This document shows positions 24,423 to 36,021 of a DNA stretch of 64,000 nt, piece by piece. The DNA is from Chiloscyllium plagiosum (lineage: Eukaryota). The translations under genes and the position numbers were made by a program. The stretch spans positions 2,581,246 to 2,645,245 of the forward strand of contig NC_057755.1 in assembly GCF_004010195.1 (NCBI RefSeq), in the 5' to 3' direction. The notes under the pieces are model-generated. The model was not told the origin of the DNA and did not search any database. It saw nothing but the letters and a program-made list of their open reading frames with translations. Each line of letters starts with the position of its first letter. Position 1 is the stretch's first letter.

Positions 24423-25532
24423 CTTTCCATAATAATGACAAATCCAGTTGCAATCTGATTGCCATCTGGTTAAGTCACTCACTGCTATTTCATTCAATCT
24501 TCCAGTTTCTTTTCCTAAAATAATTCATAATCCAGAACTGTGTTACTCTCGTTTAGTCTTATTATTTACATTATGAAGAGAAAACATTATTCTCTTGAAT
24601 GTTCTTGCAAACATTTGGTGCCCTTTGAGTTTTCCACATTCTTTGTAATTCAATTAATATTATCTTAGTTGAAGTAAACAACTGTTACTACCTTATTGTT
24701 TTTTTCTCTCTATGTAAAGTGACTTTGACTTTGAAATGGGGCTGTAGTTTTGAGTTGATACAGGGAACAGGTGATAAAAGCAAAAGGATCATACAAGAAA
24801 CAACATGGCAACGCGTGACGAGGATCAGAATGATTGGTTTTGCTTTCCGTTATTTGTCTCTATAACATGTCTTCTCCAAGACCATCGACAACCTTATCGT
24901 CTCTGGAGATCTTCCAGCTGTAACCTCCAACATTAGTTCCATTAACACCCCACCACCCATTTCTATCTCTGCCCCAACTTTCCATAATGATGACAAATCC
25001 AGTTGCAATCTGATTGCCATCTGGTTAAGTCACTCACTGCTATTTCATTCAATCTTCCAGCTTCTTTTCCTAAAATAATTCACAATCCAGAACTGTGTTA
25101 CTCTCGTTTGTCTTATTATTTACATTACGAAGAGAAAACATTATTCTCTTGAATGTTCTTGCAAACATTTGGTGCCCTTTGAGTTTTCCACATTTTTTGT
25201 AATTCAATTAATATTATCTTAGTTGAAGTAAACAACTGTTACTACCTTATTGTTTTTTTCTCTCTATGTAAAGTGACTTTGACTTTGAAATGGGGCTGTA
25301 GTTTTGAGTTGATACAGGGAACAGGTGATAAAAGCAAAAGGATCATACAAGAAACAACATGGCAACGCGTGACGAGGATCAGAATGATTGGTTTTGCTTT
25401 CCGTTATTTGTCTCTGTAACATGTCTTCTCCAAGACCATCGACAATCTTATCGTCTCTGGAGATCTTCCAGCTGTAACCTCCAACATTAGTTCTATTAAC
25501 ACCCCACCACCCATTTCTATCTCTGCCCCAAC
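24423..25532 (+). repeat. Near-perfect 555-bp tandem duplication specific to copy A
   Basis: ctttccataa..atgacaaatccagttg starts at 24423 and again at 24978. Copy B has one unit (~60270-60825). Confidence 0.95.
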
Positions 25533-26409
25533 ATTAATAAATCTGATTGCCCTGGCCGATCTGAGCAGTATCTGTAGTCCTCAGTATCTCCAACTCGCCA
25601 ACATGTTGGATGACATTCGATACTTCACTTTCATGCACGTGGCAAAGTGAACAATTTAATAGCTAATCGCTCCTTCAAAGAGGAACACGATGGTGTTGTT
25701 TGCACAAAAGTTAATTCTCATTCACTCTTCTCCTGGTGATTTGCTGAAGTTCAATGCAAAATTCTGTTTACACGTGGGAATGTTCGGATAGTTTCAACGA
25801 TATCAGCCAATAAAATGTTCGAGCTTCTGTGAGATATGTTTCATTTTTTTCTTTATTGTATTGGAAAAGTTACACCATTCAATAAAAAGCAGTATATATC
25901 TGTTAGCATTTGTCGAGCATGTTGAATATAATAATACGGCCAAAGGTGATTTACATAACTGATTATAAAGCGAAATCCAAAAACACACTTCAAAAAAAGG
26001 CATCAGGAGGGTGACATAACACCTAATGAAAGTGATAAGGCCAAATGAGCATCTTAAAGGATTTCACAGGGTCTGTCAGGCAGTGAAAGCTTTAGAAAAC
26101 CATACACTGTCCGAATTCTGGGAAGATTAAACCAGGCCGTTGATGTGCTGGGCGCTCCCATTATTAAGGATACTTATACTTTCAGAAACTCCTTGTCCAG
26201 TGAATTGTCCTATTCTCTACATTCATTCACGATTGGTTGCGACAGAACTACAGACCGGAGATTTCGACCTTTGTTCGTGGATTCACTTAGCTCGATTATT
26301 AACCACTGCTTAAGATGTTTAACTCGCAAGTAATCTTGTAGTGCAACTTCACGAGATTGATAACGCATCTTAGTTATGCATCGTGTTGCCCTTGGCAGGC
26401 TCTCCTCCA

Positions 26410-26860
26410 CTCTTCAATCCACCAAGATTGAACCCTGGCTTGATGGTAAAGGTAAAGTGTATGGTCTTTCAGGCTGTTGGGTGCTGATTATGTTCGAATA
26501 CAGTTTGGCCACTGTTGACTACAGTGCCTTGTGAAAGTTCAATTTTGAGTTGCTAGATCTACTGAGATATTCATCCCATTCAGCACGGTGGCACCATACA
26601 GCACATGTGAGGTGTTATCAAAGTGAAGCGTGAACATTGTCTCCATAAGCTGTGTGGTGGTCAGTCTTTTCAACTGTCATTGACAGAGGCATCTGTGGCA
26701 GACTGATTGGTAAGGGCGAGGTTAAGAATGCTTTCTTCCATCCTGTTGGTTTATTCACGAACTACTGTACATGCATTATATGCAGAATGTCCTTCAGGCT
26801 TCCAATGTCTCTGTCAGTAGTGCTGTTGCAGAGCTGCAGTTGATGTTTTACATTGAAATC
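26410..26860 (-). mobile_element. Old LINE endonuclease remnant
   Basis: The minus strand resembles PT...LDL.LTN.......IG.SDH..V, the C-terminus of an APE domain, heavily decayed. Confidence 0.5.
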
Positions 26861-26869
26861 CACAAGCCA

Positions 26870-27296
26870 TATTACTGAAAACAGGTGAACTGAAAACAGA
26901 AACTGAAGGGTTTGGAACACGAAGGGTTAGTACTTACAGACTGTGGCATGGTGTGCTCTTGGGCTCGCCTGCTGCATGCAACAACTCGGTTGGGGAAGTG
27001 GAACTTTGGACCGTGCTTATCCTCTCGCCGGAAGAGGAAATAATTGGAATAGCGAGCCCCGCGCACACGCAAGAAAACAACTAACCATCAAACGTGGGCT
27101 TTCACAGGCTTTTTTGTGTCATCGACACGTCATCAAGAGTATAAAAACTACAGTGCCTTTTGTTCGGAGAGAGATGGTGTGTTCAAGTCCCGCAGTTAGG
27201 GTGACAGTCACGCTGACTCACCCGAAAGCTTTTGTTGAATAAACTGTTCTTTGACTTGCCTTTACATATGGGTTTTTATTAATTTCATATACAACA
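26870..27296 (+). mobile_element. Probable solo LTR
   Basis: About 430 bp, relatively CpG-rich, with TATAAAA at ~27140 and AATAAA at ~27238, ending ...acaaca. No clear target-site duplication. Confidence 0.45.
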
Positions 27297-27647
27297 TCCT
27301 CTAAACGCTTCCTATTGGGATACCTATCCCCATGCCTTTTATATGGTGTAATGTATCCATCTTCGCACTTCCTCTGGCTGCTTGTTCCATACTCGCACCA
27401 CTCTCTGTCTGAAAAACTTGCCTCTCAGTTCTCTTTTCAATCTTTCCCCTCTCACCTTAAAGCTCTGCTCTCTAGTTTTGGACACCCCTATCGTGGGCAA
27501 AAAAAATGACGTTGGCTCTTCACTCTAATAATGCCCCCTCATGGTTTTCTATATCTCAGAAACCTTCCCTCAGCCTCTGATGATCCAGGGAAAGTCGACC
27601 CCAACCAATTTAGCCTCTCTCCACAGCTCAAACCTTCCAACCCTAGC

Positions 27648-28147
27648 NNNNNNNNNNNNNNNNNNNNNNNNNNNNNNNNNNNNNNNNNNNNNNNNNNNNN
27701 NNNNNNNNNNNNNNNNNNNNNNNNNNNNNNNNNNNNNNNNNNNNNNNNNNNNNNNNNNNNNNNNNNNNNNNNNNNNNNNNNNNNNNNNNNNNNNNNNNNN
27801 NNNNNNNNNNNNNNNNNNNNNNNNNNNNNNNNNNNNNNNNNNNNNNNNNNNNNNNNNNNNNNNNNNNNNNNNNNNNNNNNNNNNNNNNNNNNNNNNNNNN
27901 NNNNNNNNNNNNNNNNNNNNNNNNNNNNNNNNNNNNNNNNNNNNNNNNNNNNNNNNNNNNNNNNNNNNNNNNNNNNNNNNNNNNNNNNNNNNNNNNNNNN
28001 NNNNNNNNNNNNNNNNNNNNNNNNNNNNNNNNNNNNNNNNNNNNNNNNNNNNNNNNNNNNNNNNNNNNNNNNNNNNNNNNNNNNNNNNNNNNNNNNNNNN
28101 NNNNNNNNNNNNNNNNNNNNNNNNNNNNNNNNNNNNNNNNNNNNNNN
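27648..28147. other. Assembly gap (500 N)
   Basis: Run of N. Confidence 1.
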
Positions 28148-28377
28148 GTTCCTTCAATGTTGCTGGGTCAAAATCCTGGAATTCCTTCCCGAAGGGCATT
28201 GTAAACTGCAGTGGAATAAGAAGGCAGCTCACCACCACTTTTTCAAGAGGCAACTATGGAAAGGTAATAGATGCTGACCCAGCCAACAATGCTCGCATCC
28301 CATGAGTGAATATTTTGAAAACATTGTTCCATGGTCTGGAAAATATAGGCCCGTCCTGTTTTGTTAACTGTGGAGTT

Positions 28378-30729
28378 TTATTTATCTATAACACAAGAAA
28401 TTAATGTAACCATGTGTTTTCCTGGATTACTGAACTTTGCTCTGAACCCAGACAATGTTGCTGCATAAATAAATGTGTTTGTGCAACAACTTGGGTTTCG
28501 CAGCATGTGACCAACATTCCTGAAGTGATACAGAAAATCCGAGTAATCGTTAGGATTGATTCCTTGAATGGCATTATATAAGAAACCTACAACATTGATT
28601 AACCACAGGAGGATGAAGCTCCCAGAGATAGACAACAGCAAAATCAGAGCTTTCTTTCTGCTCTCCCTCTCTGGATATCTGTAATTCTCTCCATTGCTCT
28701 CACCCTTCAGCCTCTTCTGGACTCGAATGGTCAATAAAATCCATCTGACTGTCGGAGAACTGAGCAACAGAATTAAAGCAAATGGCAGTAAAGGTCTTAA
28801 AATCGTACAAGCCAATCTAATGCCACCCACCAAGCTTGGCTTTGTTCTACAGTAGAATGGAATATGGTTGATTATCTTCAGAGGCTCATATTGAAAATAG
28901 AAGGGGATGTTTTTCAAGCAGAACAGGGTGCAGGTTGTTGCTAGAACCACACTCGCAGTATTCTCAGTGCAATATTTTGTTTTCAGCTTCTGACAACAAA
29001 TGCTCACAAATCGGTCAAAGGAGAAAGTGACAGTGAACCAGACAGTGCAGCCAGTGACAGGGCCAGAGTAACACTGCACACAGAAGTGATGTCCAGGAAA
29101 AACCGTGGGTAATAATAAATGTGAGATCTCCCCAGTAAAACACTAGTGACAATGACCATCAGATGGGCAGCTGTCAAAATCACCAGGTAGCGAGTAGTGC
29201 AAGACGAATCACCGCATTTTCCCCGGTATAGGACAACAATCAACATCAAATTAACTCTGGGAGACAAAAGGGAAAAGATGCGGTGAATTGCTGATCACAA
29301 TTTCCTCCTGCCTGTTCCACAGTGTAACAATAAGATTTTACCAGCAAAAACCGCTGTACTGTGTGAATGGAAATGTATGGCATTGAGTGAGTTTGAATTT
29401 TAGGGCTTCCACACTCACCCCAGATTGTGCGGCTGCCCAATACTCCAGACATTATTGGTTTGGAGGGAGCCTGAGCTGATGGTTCCTCCTCAGCGAGCAG
29501 AAGGAAATCTGTGATTTTGTTTGGCTGCACGGGCACTATCTGTATAAGTGTAGTAGATTCTGACAATTCTCAGCTCCAACTCTGGTAGGCACAGAACCCA
29601 GTTAGAAACCTCGGTCCCTGTTCAGACACAGGACTGGAGAATGGACTGTCAATAAATCAAACTCACCCGTTCTCCGTAATCCAGTCACCCCTTGTGCTTT
29701 GTATTGGACCAAATCCTGATCAGAACCACAACAGGATAAGGAAACAGGTCCTTAGAGCCTATTGAAGATCGTGAACACTACTCTATACATATATATGACG
29801 CGATTTCAGCCCCTTTAGTGACAACGTGTGAGTGTTGGACTGTTCTGGTTTTTCTACTGTAAATCTACACATCTGTACATGACAAACATCTTGAAGTACA
29901 GGGATCAGGAGAGCAATCTGTCAAGTTTTGAATCCAATGGCCAGAGACAATGAGGGAGAGAGAATGTCCAGGAGGGATGATAGTTAGACGAAGCTATGCA
30001 AAATGAAACGGGGCACATATCCCTCAGTTCCTTTGCTTCAGAAAAAAATCCCACCTCAGATTTAAAATTCTAAACTGATCCTGGATCGACTGTCATTTGT
30101 GAAAATTATTTCCAACACATTACCACCCTTTATGTTTCAAAATGCTTCCGAAGTCAGAACACACTGACCCGAACTCTCACACAAGACTCCCTCACTCTAG
30201 AATCCCCAACCAATGAGAATAGTTTGCGTTTTCCAAACTTTTTTTCTTAATATCTTGTGGAATCTTGCTCAGGTCACCCCTTAACCTTCTCAATTCGAGA
30301 GAAAACAGGTCTCATTTGTGTAACAGAAACAGAAAACATCAGCTGGACTGGCATCACCTTGGGAGAGAAAATACAGTTACAGTCTGGGTCTCGTGATCCT
30401 TCTTCCGAACTAACGTACCTGATCTCTCTCCTATTAGCTTCCTAAAGTATGAAACCGGAACAGATGACAGAACACTGAGATCAGAGAATGTTGCAGCAGC
30501 AGCAGTGAGGTTGGGAGTCTCTGTCAGTGGAGAATTGTACCGAGAATGCTGCTCAGTGAATTGTTGTCACTGTTCCCGTGTCTGAATAAGACTGACCAGC
30601 AGATCAACAACAGATAAAGACAAGTTCAATTCTCATAATGCCATTCTCAGGGATGCCAATAATAGCAAGGATGGTGTAGAACACCTTCTCCACGTCGATG
30701 CATTTTTCCGTGCGAGGTGATCTGTCCAT
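28378..30729 (-). pseudogene. Divergent GPR139-like GPCR pseudogene (exon 1 30729-30648; exon 2 29254-28378)
   Basis: Exon 1 reads MDRSPRTEKCIDVEKVFYTILAIIGIP+G but is followed by AGAATG instead of GT. Exon 2 follows a pyrimidine tract and AG and reads (V)NLMLIVVLYRGKCG...; it frameshifts at ~29055, then continues CTVWFTVTFSFDRFVSICC...NTFIY. Two further compensating frameshifts lie at 28807-28833. Confidence 0.88.
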
Positions 30730-32239
30730 TCAGGCAGCTGACAAGACCCTTGTTTGAGACTCTGAGCTGATGCAATCCCAGAGACGCTGCCTTTTGCTTT
30801 GTGGAAGCCCCTTAGGGAGATCGAGGTGACAGCATTACTCAGCTTTGTTGCTGTTTTTCAAATTTCTGTCAATGAACAAACTAATTGCAATAACAAGTTT
30901 AATCCCAATAATGAAGGAATGTTGCTACTCAGTACATCATAAAGAAATAACAAAAGAACAGAATCGGGAATCTGCCAGCAATAACACTGTCCATTCAAAC
31001 ATCAGGCACCGTATCCCGAGATCACAAATTATTTCAAACGATGCTGCATTGAGACAGTTTACTCCAAGTGTGAAAATATATCTCAGACCTGTCCTTCTAC
31101 ACTCCAAGGTAGGAGCTGCCCTCTTTAAACAGGAGCATTTCACTCACGGATTGAAAAGTGAATCTTCTCACACACAGAATGTGTGCATTGCTGCTGAGGT
31201 CAGCATTATTTTCCCATTGCCTATTTCTCAGCATCCGGAGTCACATGGAGGACCGAGTGAGGAGAACACACCGCCTTTCCTGAGGGAAGGGGACTCAGTC
31301 AATAAGATAGGGCTTCCAACAATGGAGACATCACTGACCTCACTCGTACTGACACGTCCTAACCAGATATATCAATGACCTCACTGGTATTCAAAGACTC
31401 CCTGCAGTGTGAAAGGTGGCCATTCAGCCGATTGACTTCAGACCGACCCTCCGATTACCTCCCACACAGACCCACCCACCTACTCTCTCCCTGTACCTCA
31501 CACGGTAAATCCACGTAGGCAACACCTCCCTGGAGATTATGGACAATGGCTATGTAGCTGTGTGGATGGATCATGTGAGACATACTGATAGTCCTTGATC
31601 TTATCCGAAGAATATACATTGCCATCCGCTTATGCATGAAATGGACCGTACATCACTTTTCACCTAAGCCAAAGAGGAATCTGGTTAATCAACCCTTGTC
31701 TACCCATTTACCTCCATGCCCGAACTCCCATGGCGAAATCCAGTATCTTTCAGACTCTGCTCCTAAGCATGATGAGTCGCTAGAGGAGGCACCTGACTAA
31801 CTGAGAATACAAATCAACTAAATGGACTAATTACACTTGTATAAGCTATGTAGTTGTCATGAAATGAAAAAGGAGGGAATGAGAAACTTGTCATAGAGTC
31901 ATAGAGTCATAGATATGTACTTTAAACATTTAGACTAAAATGTAATGTTGAATGATAGAACACATATGCTGCACATTAGAAAACTGACAGGTAGGGAAGT
32001 TAAGGGAATTAAGAACATTTGCTTTAACCCAGTTAGTTTAGCTTCTAAGTATCAGTGTTATGTTGGAAAAGTGATGCTATGAGTAAATAAAGAGGATGAC
32101 TTAAGTTAAACTAAAGTATCTGTAAGAGGTGTTTTTATTCCAGACCAACAAAAAGCGCAATCTCTGGGACGAACCAAGAGAGAGCTTTACAGGTTGAGTC
32201 CAAAAGGGATTTCCTTGTTGCAAATCTGTACTTTAACAG

Positions 32240-32740
32240 CTGCACTTAGAGTATTCTGTACAGTTCCAGTCTCCGCATTATAGAAGGGATGGGGAAGCTT
32301 TGGAAAGTGGTCAGAGGAGATTTACTAGGATGTTGCGAGGTATGGAGGGAAGGTCTTATGAAGAAAGAAGTTTGAGAGGTGACCTAATTAAGACAGATAA
32401 GATAATCACAGGATCATATAGGGTGTACAGTGAGAGGCTTTTTCCTCAGATGGTGATGGCTAGCGCGAATGGCATAACTTTAACTGGAGGGGTGATAGAT
32501 ATAGGACACATGTCAGAGGTAGTTCCTTTACTCAGAGAGTAGTAAGAGCATGGAACATACTTCCTCTAACAGTAGTAGACTCACTAAGTTTAACGGCATT
32601 TAAATGGTCATTGGATAAACATATGGAAGAAAATGGTATACTGTAGGTTAGATGGCTTCAGATTGGCTTCACAGGTCAGCGCACTATCAAGGGCCAAAGG
32701 GCCTGCACTGCGCTGTAATGTTCTATGTCCTATGTTCTAT
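32240..32740 (+). mobile_element. CR1 LINE 3' fragment
   Basis: QRRFTRML.GMEGRSYEER.LRGDLI; tail gttctatgtcctatgttctatg. Confidence 0.85.
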
Positions 32741-33295
32741 GAAAATATCATCAGTATATTCTTAATTCCAAACATACATTCAGGACGGATTCCACAATCT
32801 ATATTGCTGAATTTAGTCTCAGCTTGTGGGTTAATATCGAATTTCCCTCAAACCCAAAACCCCTACCCCACCACCTCCATTACCTCCCACCCTAGCTACA
32901 CCCCTCCATATCTCTGTAACCTCCTCCAGCCCCTACACCTCTCCCCTCCTACCGGCATGACCTCTGACTCCAGTTACATCCCTCCTATCTCTGTAACATT
33001 CTCCAACCCATACGCCTCCTCCCAGTCCCTGCAACTCTCTACCTCCATATAATCTTGTCACAACCTCCAGCCCAATATCCATCTTATCTCTGCCACCTCC
33101 TTCACTAAAGTCAAACCGAGCTGATCTTGTTAATATTGATTTTGCTTCATGCATCTCTTGTGAAATGTAACCATTGTGTGTCACTTTGTCTAAGCACCCT
33201 ATGGGGAGAAAGTGAGGTCTGCAGATGCTGGAGATCAGAGCTGGAAATGTGTTGCTGGAAAAGCGCAGCAGGTCAGGCAGCATCCAGGGAACAGG

Positions 33296-33336
33296 AGAAT
33301 CGACGTTTCGGGCACAAGCCCTTCTTCAGGAATGAG
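33296..33336 (-). ncRNA. Minimal type I hammerhead ribozyme motif in the Penelope terminus
   Basis: Minus strand: CUGAAGA-A-GGGC-UUGU-GCCC-GAAA-CGUC. Core boxes and a perfect stem II are present, with a palindromic ACGU in place of stem III. Stem I is weak. Confidence 0.7.
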
Positions 33337-33359
33337 GAAAGTTTGTCCAGCAGGCTAAG

Positions 33360-33876
33360 NNNNNNNNNNNNNNNNNNNNNNNNNNNNNNNNNNNNNNNNN
33401 NNNNNNNNNNNNNNNNNNNNNNNNNNNNNNNNNNNNNNNNNNNNNNNNNNNNNNNNNNNNNNNNNNNNNNNNNNNNNNNNNNNNNNNNNNNNNNNNNNNN
33501 NNNNNNNNNNNNNNNNNNNNNNNNNNNNNNNNNNNNNNNNNNNNNNNNNNNNNNNNNNNNNNNNNNNNNNNNNNNNNNNNNNNNNNNNNNNNNNNNNNNN
33601 NNNNNNNNNNNNNNNNNNNNNNNNNNNNNNNNNNNNNNNNNNNNNNNNNNNNNNNNNNNNNNNNNNNNNNNNNNNNNNNNNNNNNNNNNNNNNNNNNNNN
33701 NNNNNNNNNNNNNNNNNNNNNNNNNNNNNNNNNNNNNNNNNNNNNNNNNNNNNNNNNNNNNNNNNNNNNNNNNNNNNNNNNNNNNNNNNNNNNNNNNNNN
33801 NNNNNNNNNNNNNNNNNNNNNNNNNNNNNNNNNNNNNNNNNNNNNNNNNNNNNNNNNNNNNNNNNNNNNNNNNNNN
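33360..33876. other. Assembly gap (517 N)
   Basis: Run of N. Confidence 1.
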
Positions 33877-34692
33877 GGATGATGTGCTGTACATGGAGAT
33901 TGGTGGGGTGGTAGGTGAGGACCAGTGGGGTTTTGTCCTGGTGGCGGTTGGAGGGGCGGGGCTCAAGGGCGGAGGAGCGGGAAGTGGAGGAGATGCTGTG
34001 GAGGGCATTGTCGACCACGTCGGGGGGGGAATTGCGGTCCTTGAAGAAGGAGGCCATCTGGGTTGTGCGTTTTTGGAACTGGTCCTCCTGGGAGCAGATG
34101 CGGCGGAGTCGAAGGAATTGGGAGAATGGGATGGCGTTTTTACAGGGGGCAGGATGGGAGGAGGTGTAGTCCAGGTAGCAGTGGGAGTCGGTCGGTTTGT
34201 AGTAGATGTGCACCCTATGGTCTGTATGCCCTTGCTTATTATGATCTACTTGTACTGCTCACAAACAAAGATTTTCACTGTCCTTAGGTACACCTAACCA
34301 CAATAAATCAAATCAAATAATCCAGCCACAATGCACCTCGCTATCTCTGTTCCCAGTGTGAGCACATACACTCGCCCTATCTCTGTCACCTCCTCGACAA
34401 CCTACATCCTTCCCTTTTTCCATAGCTTCTTCCAGTATTTACATCTCTATCTCTGGAACCTCCATATTTACCTATCTCTGTAAAATTCTCCAGCAATTCC
34501 ATCCCTCCTTATATATTGAACCACCTCCATAATCTACATCATTCCTTATCTCTGAGGTATACTCCATCCATCACACCACCTCCTCCATGCTATACACACC
34601 TTTCTGTCACTTTAATCTCCACACGCCAAGAGCCTCTCTAATTCTGTAATTTTATCCAGCACCAATGTCTATCTGTGTAACCTCCTCCTTAC

Positions 34693-35020
34693 GGGCGGCA
34701 CGGTGGCACAGTGGTTAGCACTGCTGCCTCGCAGCGCTAGAGATCCGGGTTCAATTCCCGCCTCTGGCGACTGACTGTGTGGAGTTTGCACATTCTCCCC
34801 GTGTCTGCGTGGGTTTCCTCCGGGTGCTCCGGTTTCCTCCCACAGGCCAAAGATGTGCAGGTCAGGTGAATTGGCCATGCTAAATTGCCCATAGTGTTAG
34901 GTAAGGGGTAAATGTAGGGGTATGGGTGGTTTGCGCGTCAGCGGGGCGGTGTGGACTTGTTGGGCCGAAGGGCCTGTTTCCACACTGTAAAGTAATCTAA
35001 TCTAATCTAATCTAATCTAA
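34693..35020 (+). mobile_element. HE1/V-SINE, full length, with (TCTAA)n tail
   Basis: gggcggcacggtggcacagtggttagc...gggttcaattccc; CpGs retained; tail aatctaatctaatctaatctaatctaa. Confidence 0.95.
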
Positions 35021-35319
35021 AAACATCAACAAATGTCCTTATCCCTGAAAACTCCTCCAGCTCTCACACATCTTCCTATCGCTGTCAGCTCCTCCAGATA
35101 CTCCTGTCCTCTATATCTCGGCAAACGTCTCCCATCCTTGCCACCCCCAGCATCTCTGGAAATTCCTCCATTCTTAACATGCGTCCAGATTAATGTTATA
35201 TCCTCGATTCCCCGCAACTCTCCCTATCACTGTTTGATCTTCCAACTTGTACACCATTCCTAATTGCTGTAAATTCTTACAGAAACTTCATCACTTCCTA
35301 TCTCTGTATCAGCCTCTAA

Positions 35320-36021
35320 TGATGCAGGAATTGGCAAGGTGAGAAGAGGAAATTTACATTCCTGATTAAAATTTCTGACCCATATTAATAATCAGTTCTG
35401 GATAATTTGCAAGTTTGAATAAACTCTGTGGAATATAGGCAAGGCAGTGTTACTTCTGCAACCATAATTGCTTCTGCAAGGTGAATGAACAAACCGACAC
35501 CAGTGTATAATTGTTTCATCAAAGAGCTGAGTTAGCTAAAATGTGCATGCAAGAATGAAGACGATGTAAAGGGATACATAGTCTCTTCTGAGTCAGCTAA
35601 AATTGCATAAAAGAATGGAATGTGCCTGCAAACAATGGAAGATGTTACGGACAAATAGTTAAGTTGAAAAAGAACATCAAGACATTCCAAACTCAACAAA
35701 TTTCCCTCATGTCAGCACTGAAGCAAGACAAGTAGCTTACAGGGAGGAGAGTTGCCGGGCCTGGAGTAAGGGGAGAAGTAAACAAGGGAGGAGTGCAGCT
35801 GGGCAGGGGCAGAACACAATAAGGGATAGTGATAATTTTGATGGCAAATGAGGTAAACGGGGAAGTACCGAGAATTAAACTGTATAAATTGTGGAGTAAT
35901 TTCTTGATCGAGATGGCTAGTTGCTAGTCACCCCTTCTTGCAAGAGCGTTTCAATAAAATTCGCTGCTTCAGAATTTGACTCGGACTGAAATTTATTATA
36001 TTGTGAGCTCTGTTTCTCACA
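35320..36021 (+). mobile_element. Probable solo LTR (~700 bp)
   Basis: TG...CA ends, TATAAA at ~35883 and AATAAA at 35953. ctctaa occurs on both flanks, offset by 2 nt on the right. Confidence 0.5.

Larger units (their letters stand above)
1..25750 (+). repeat. Segmental duplication copy A (direct paralogue of 36233-61035; left end lies outside the window)
   Basis: cagcctgagacacagtcagtgcagtgacc at 1 recurs at 36233. The copies stay colinear to ttgctgaagt at 25741-25750 / 61026-61035, after which the sequences are unrelated. Many ORFs in the track occur as near-identical pairs. Confidence 0.97.
33205..34209 (-). mobile_element. Young 5'-truncated Penelope-like element with 11-bp target-site duplication (spans a gap)
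   Basis: Open frame IYYKPTDSH.YLDYTSSHP..CKNAIPFSQFLRLRRICS...PLVLTYHP; GCACCCTATGG at 33194-33204 and 34210-34220. Confidence 0.9.
32860..35310 (+). repeat. Degenerate C/T-rich tandem array (units like cctccctatctctgtaacctcctccagcccctaca), interrupted by TE insertions
   Basis: tatctctgt(a/c)acctcctc recurs every ~35-40 bp at 32860-33100, 34330-34690 and 35030-35310. Confidence 0.7.

Noticed and set aside
27531..28305. Long ORFs spanning N runs (also 33127-34008 and 46159-46687)
   Set aside because: Open only because N codons contain no stops.
30845..31378. 177-aa ORF upstream of the minus-strand receptor
   Set aside because: Non-ATG start and no recognisable domain or supporting splice structure.
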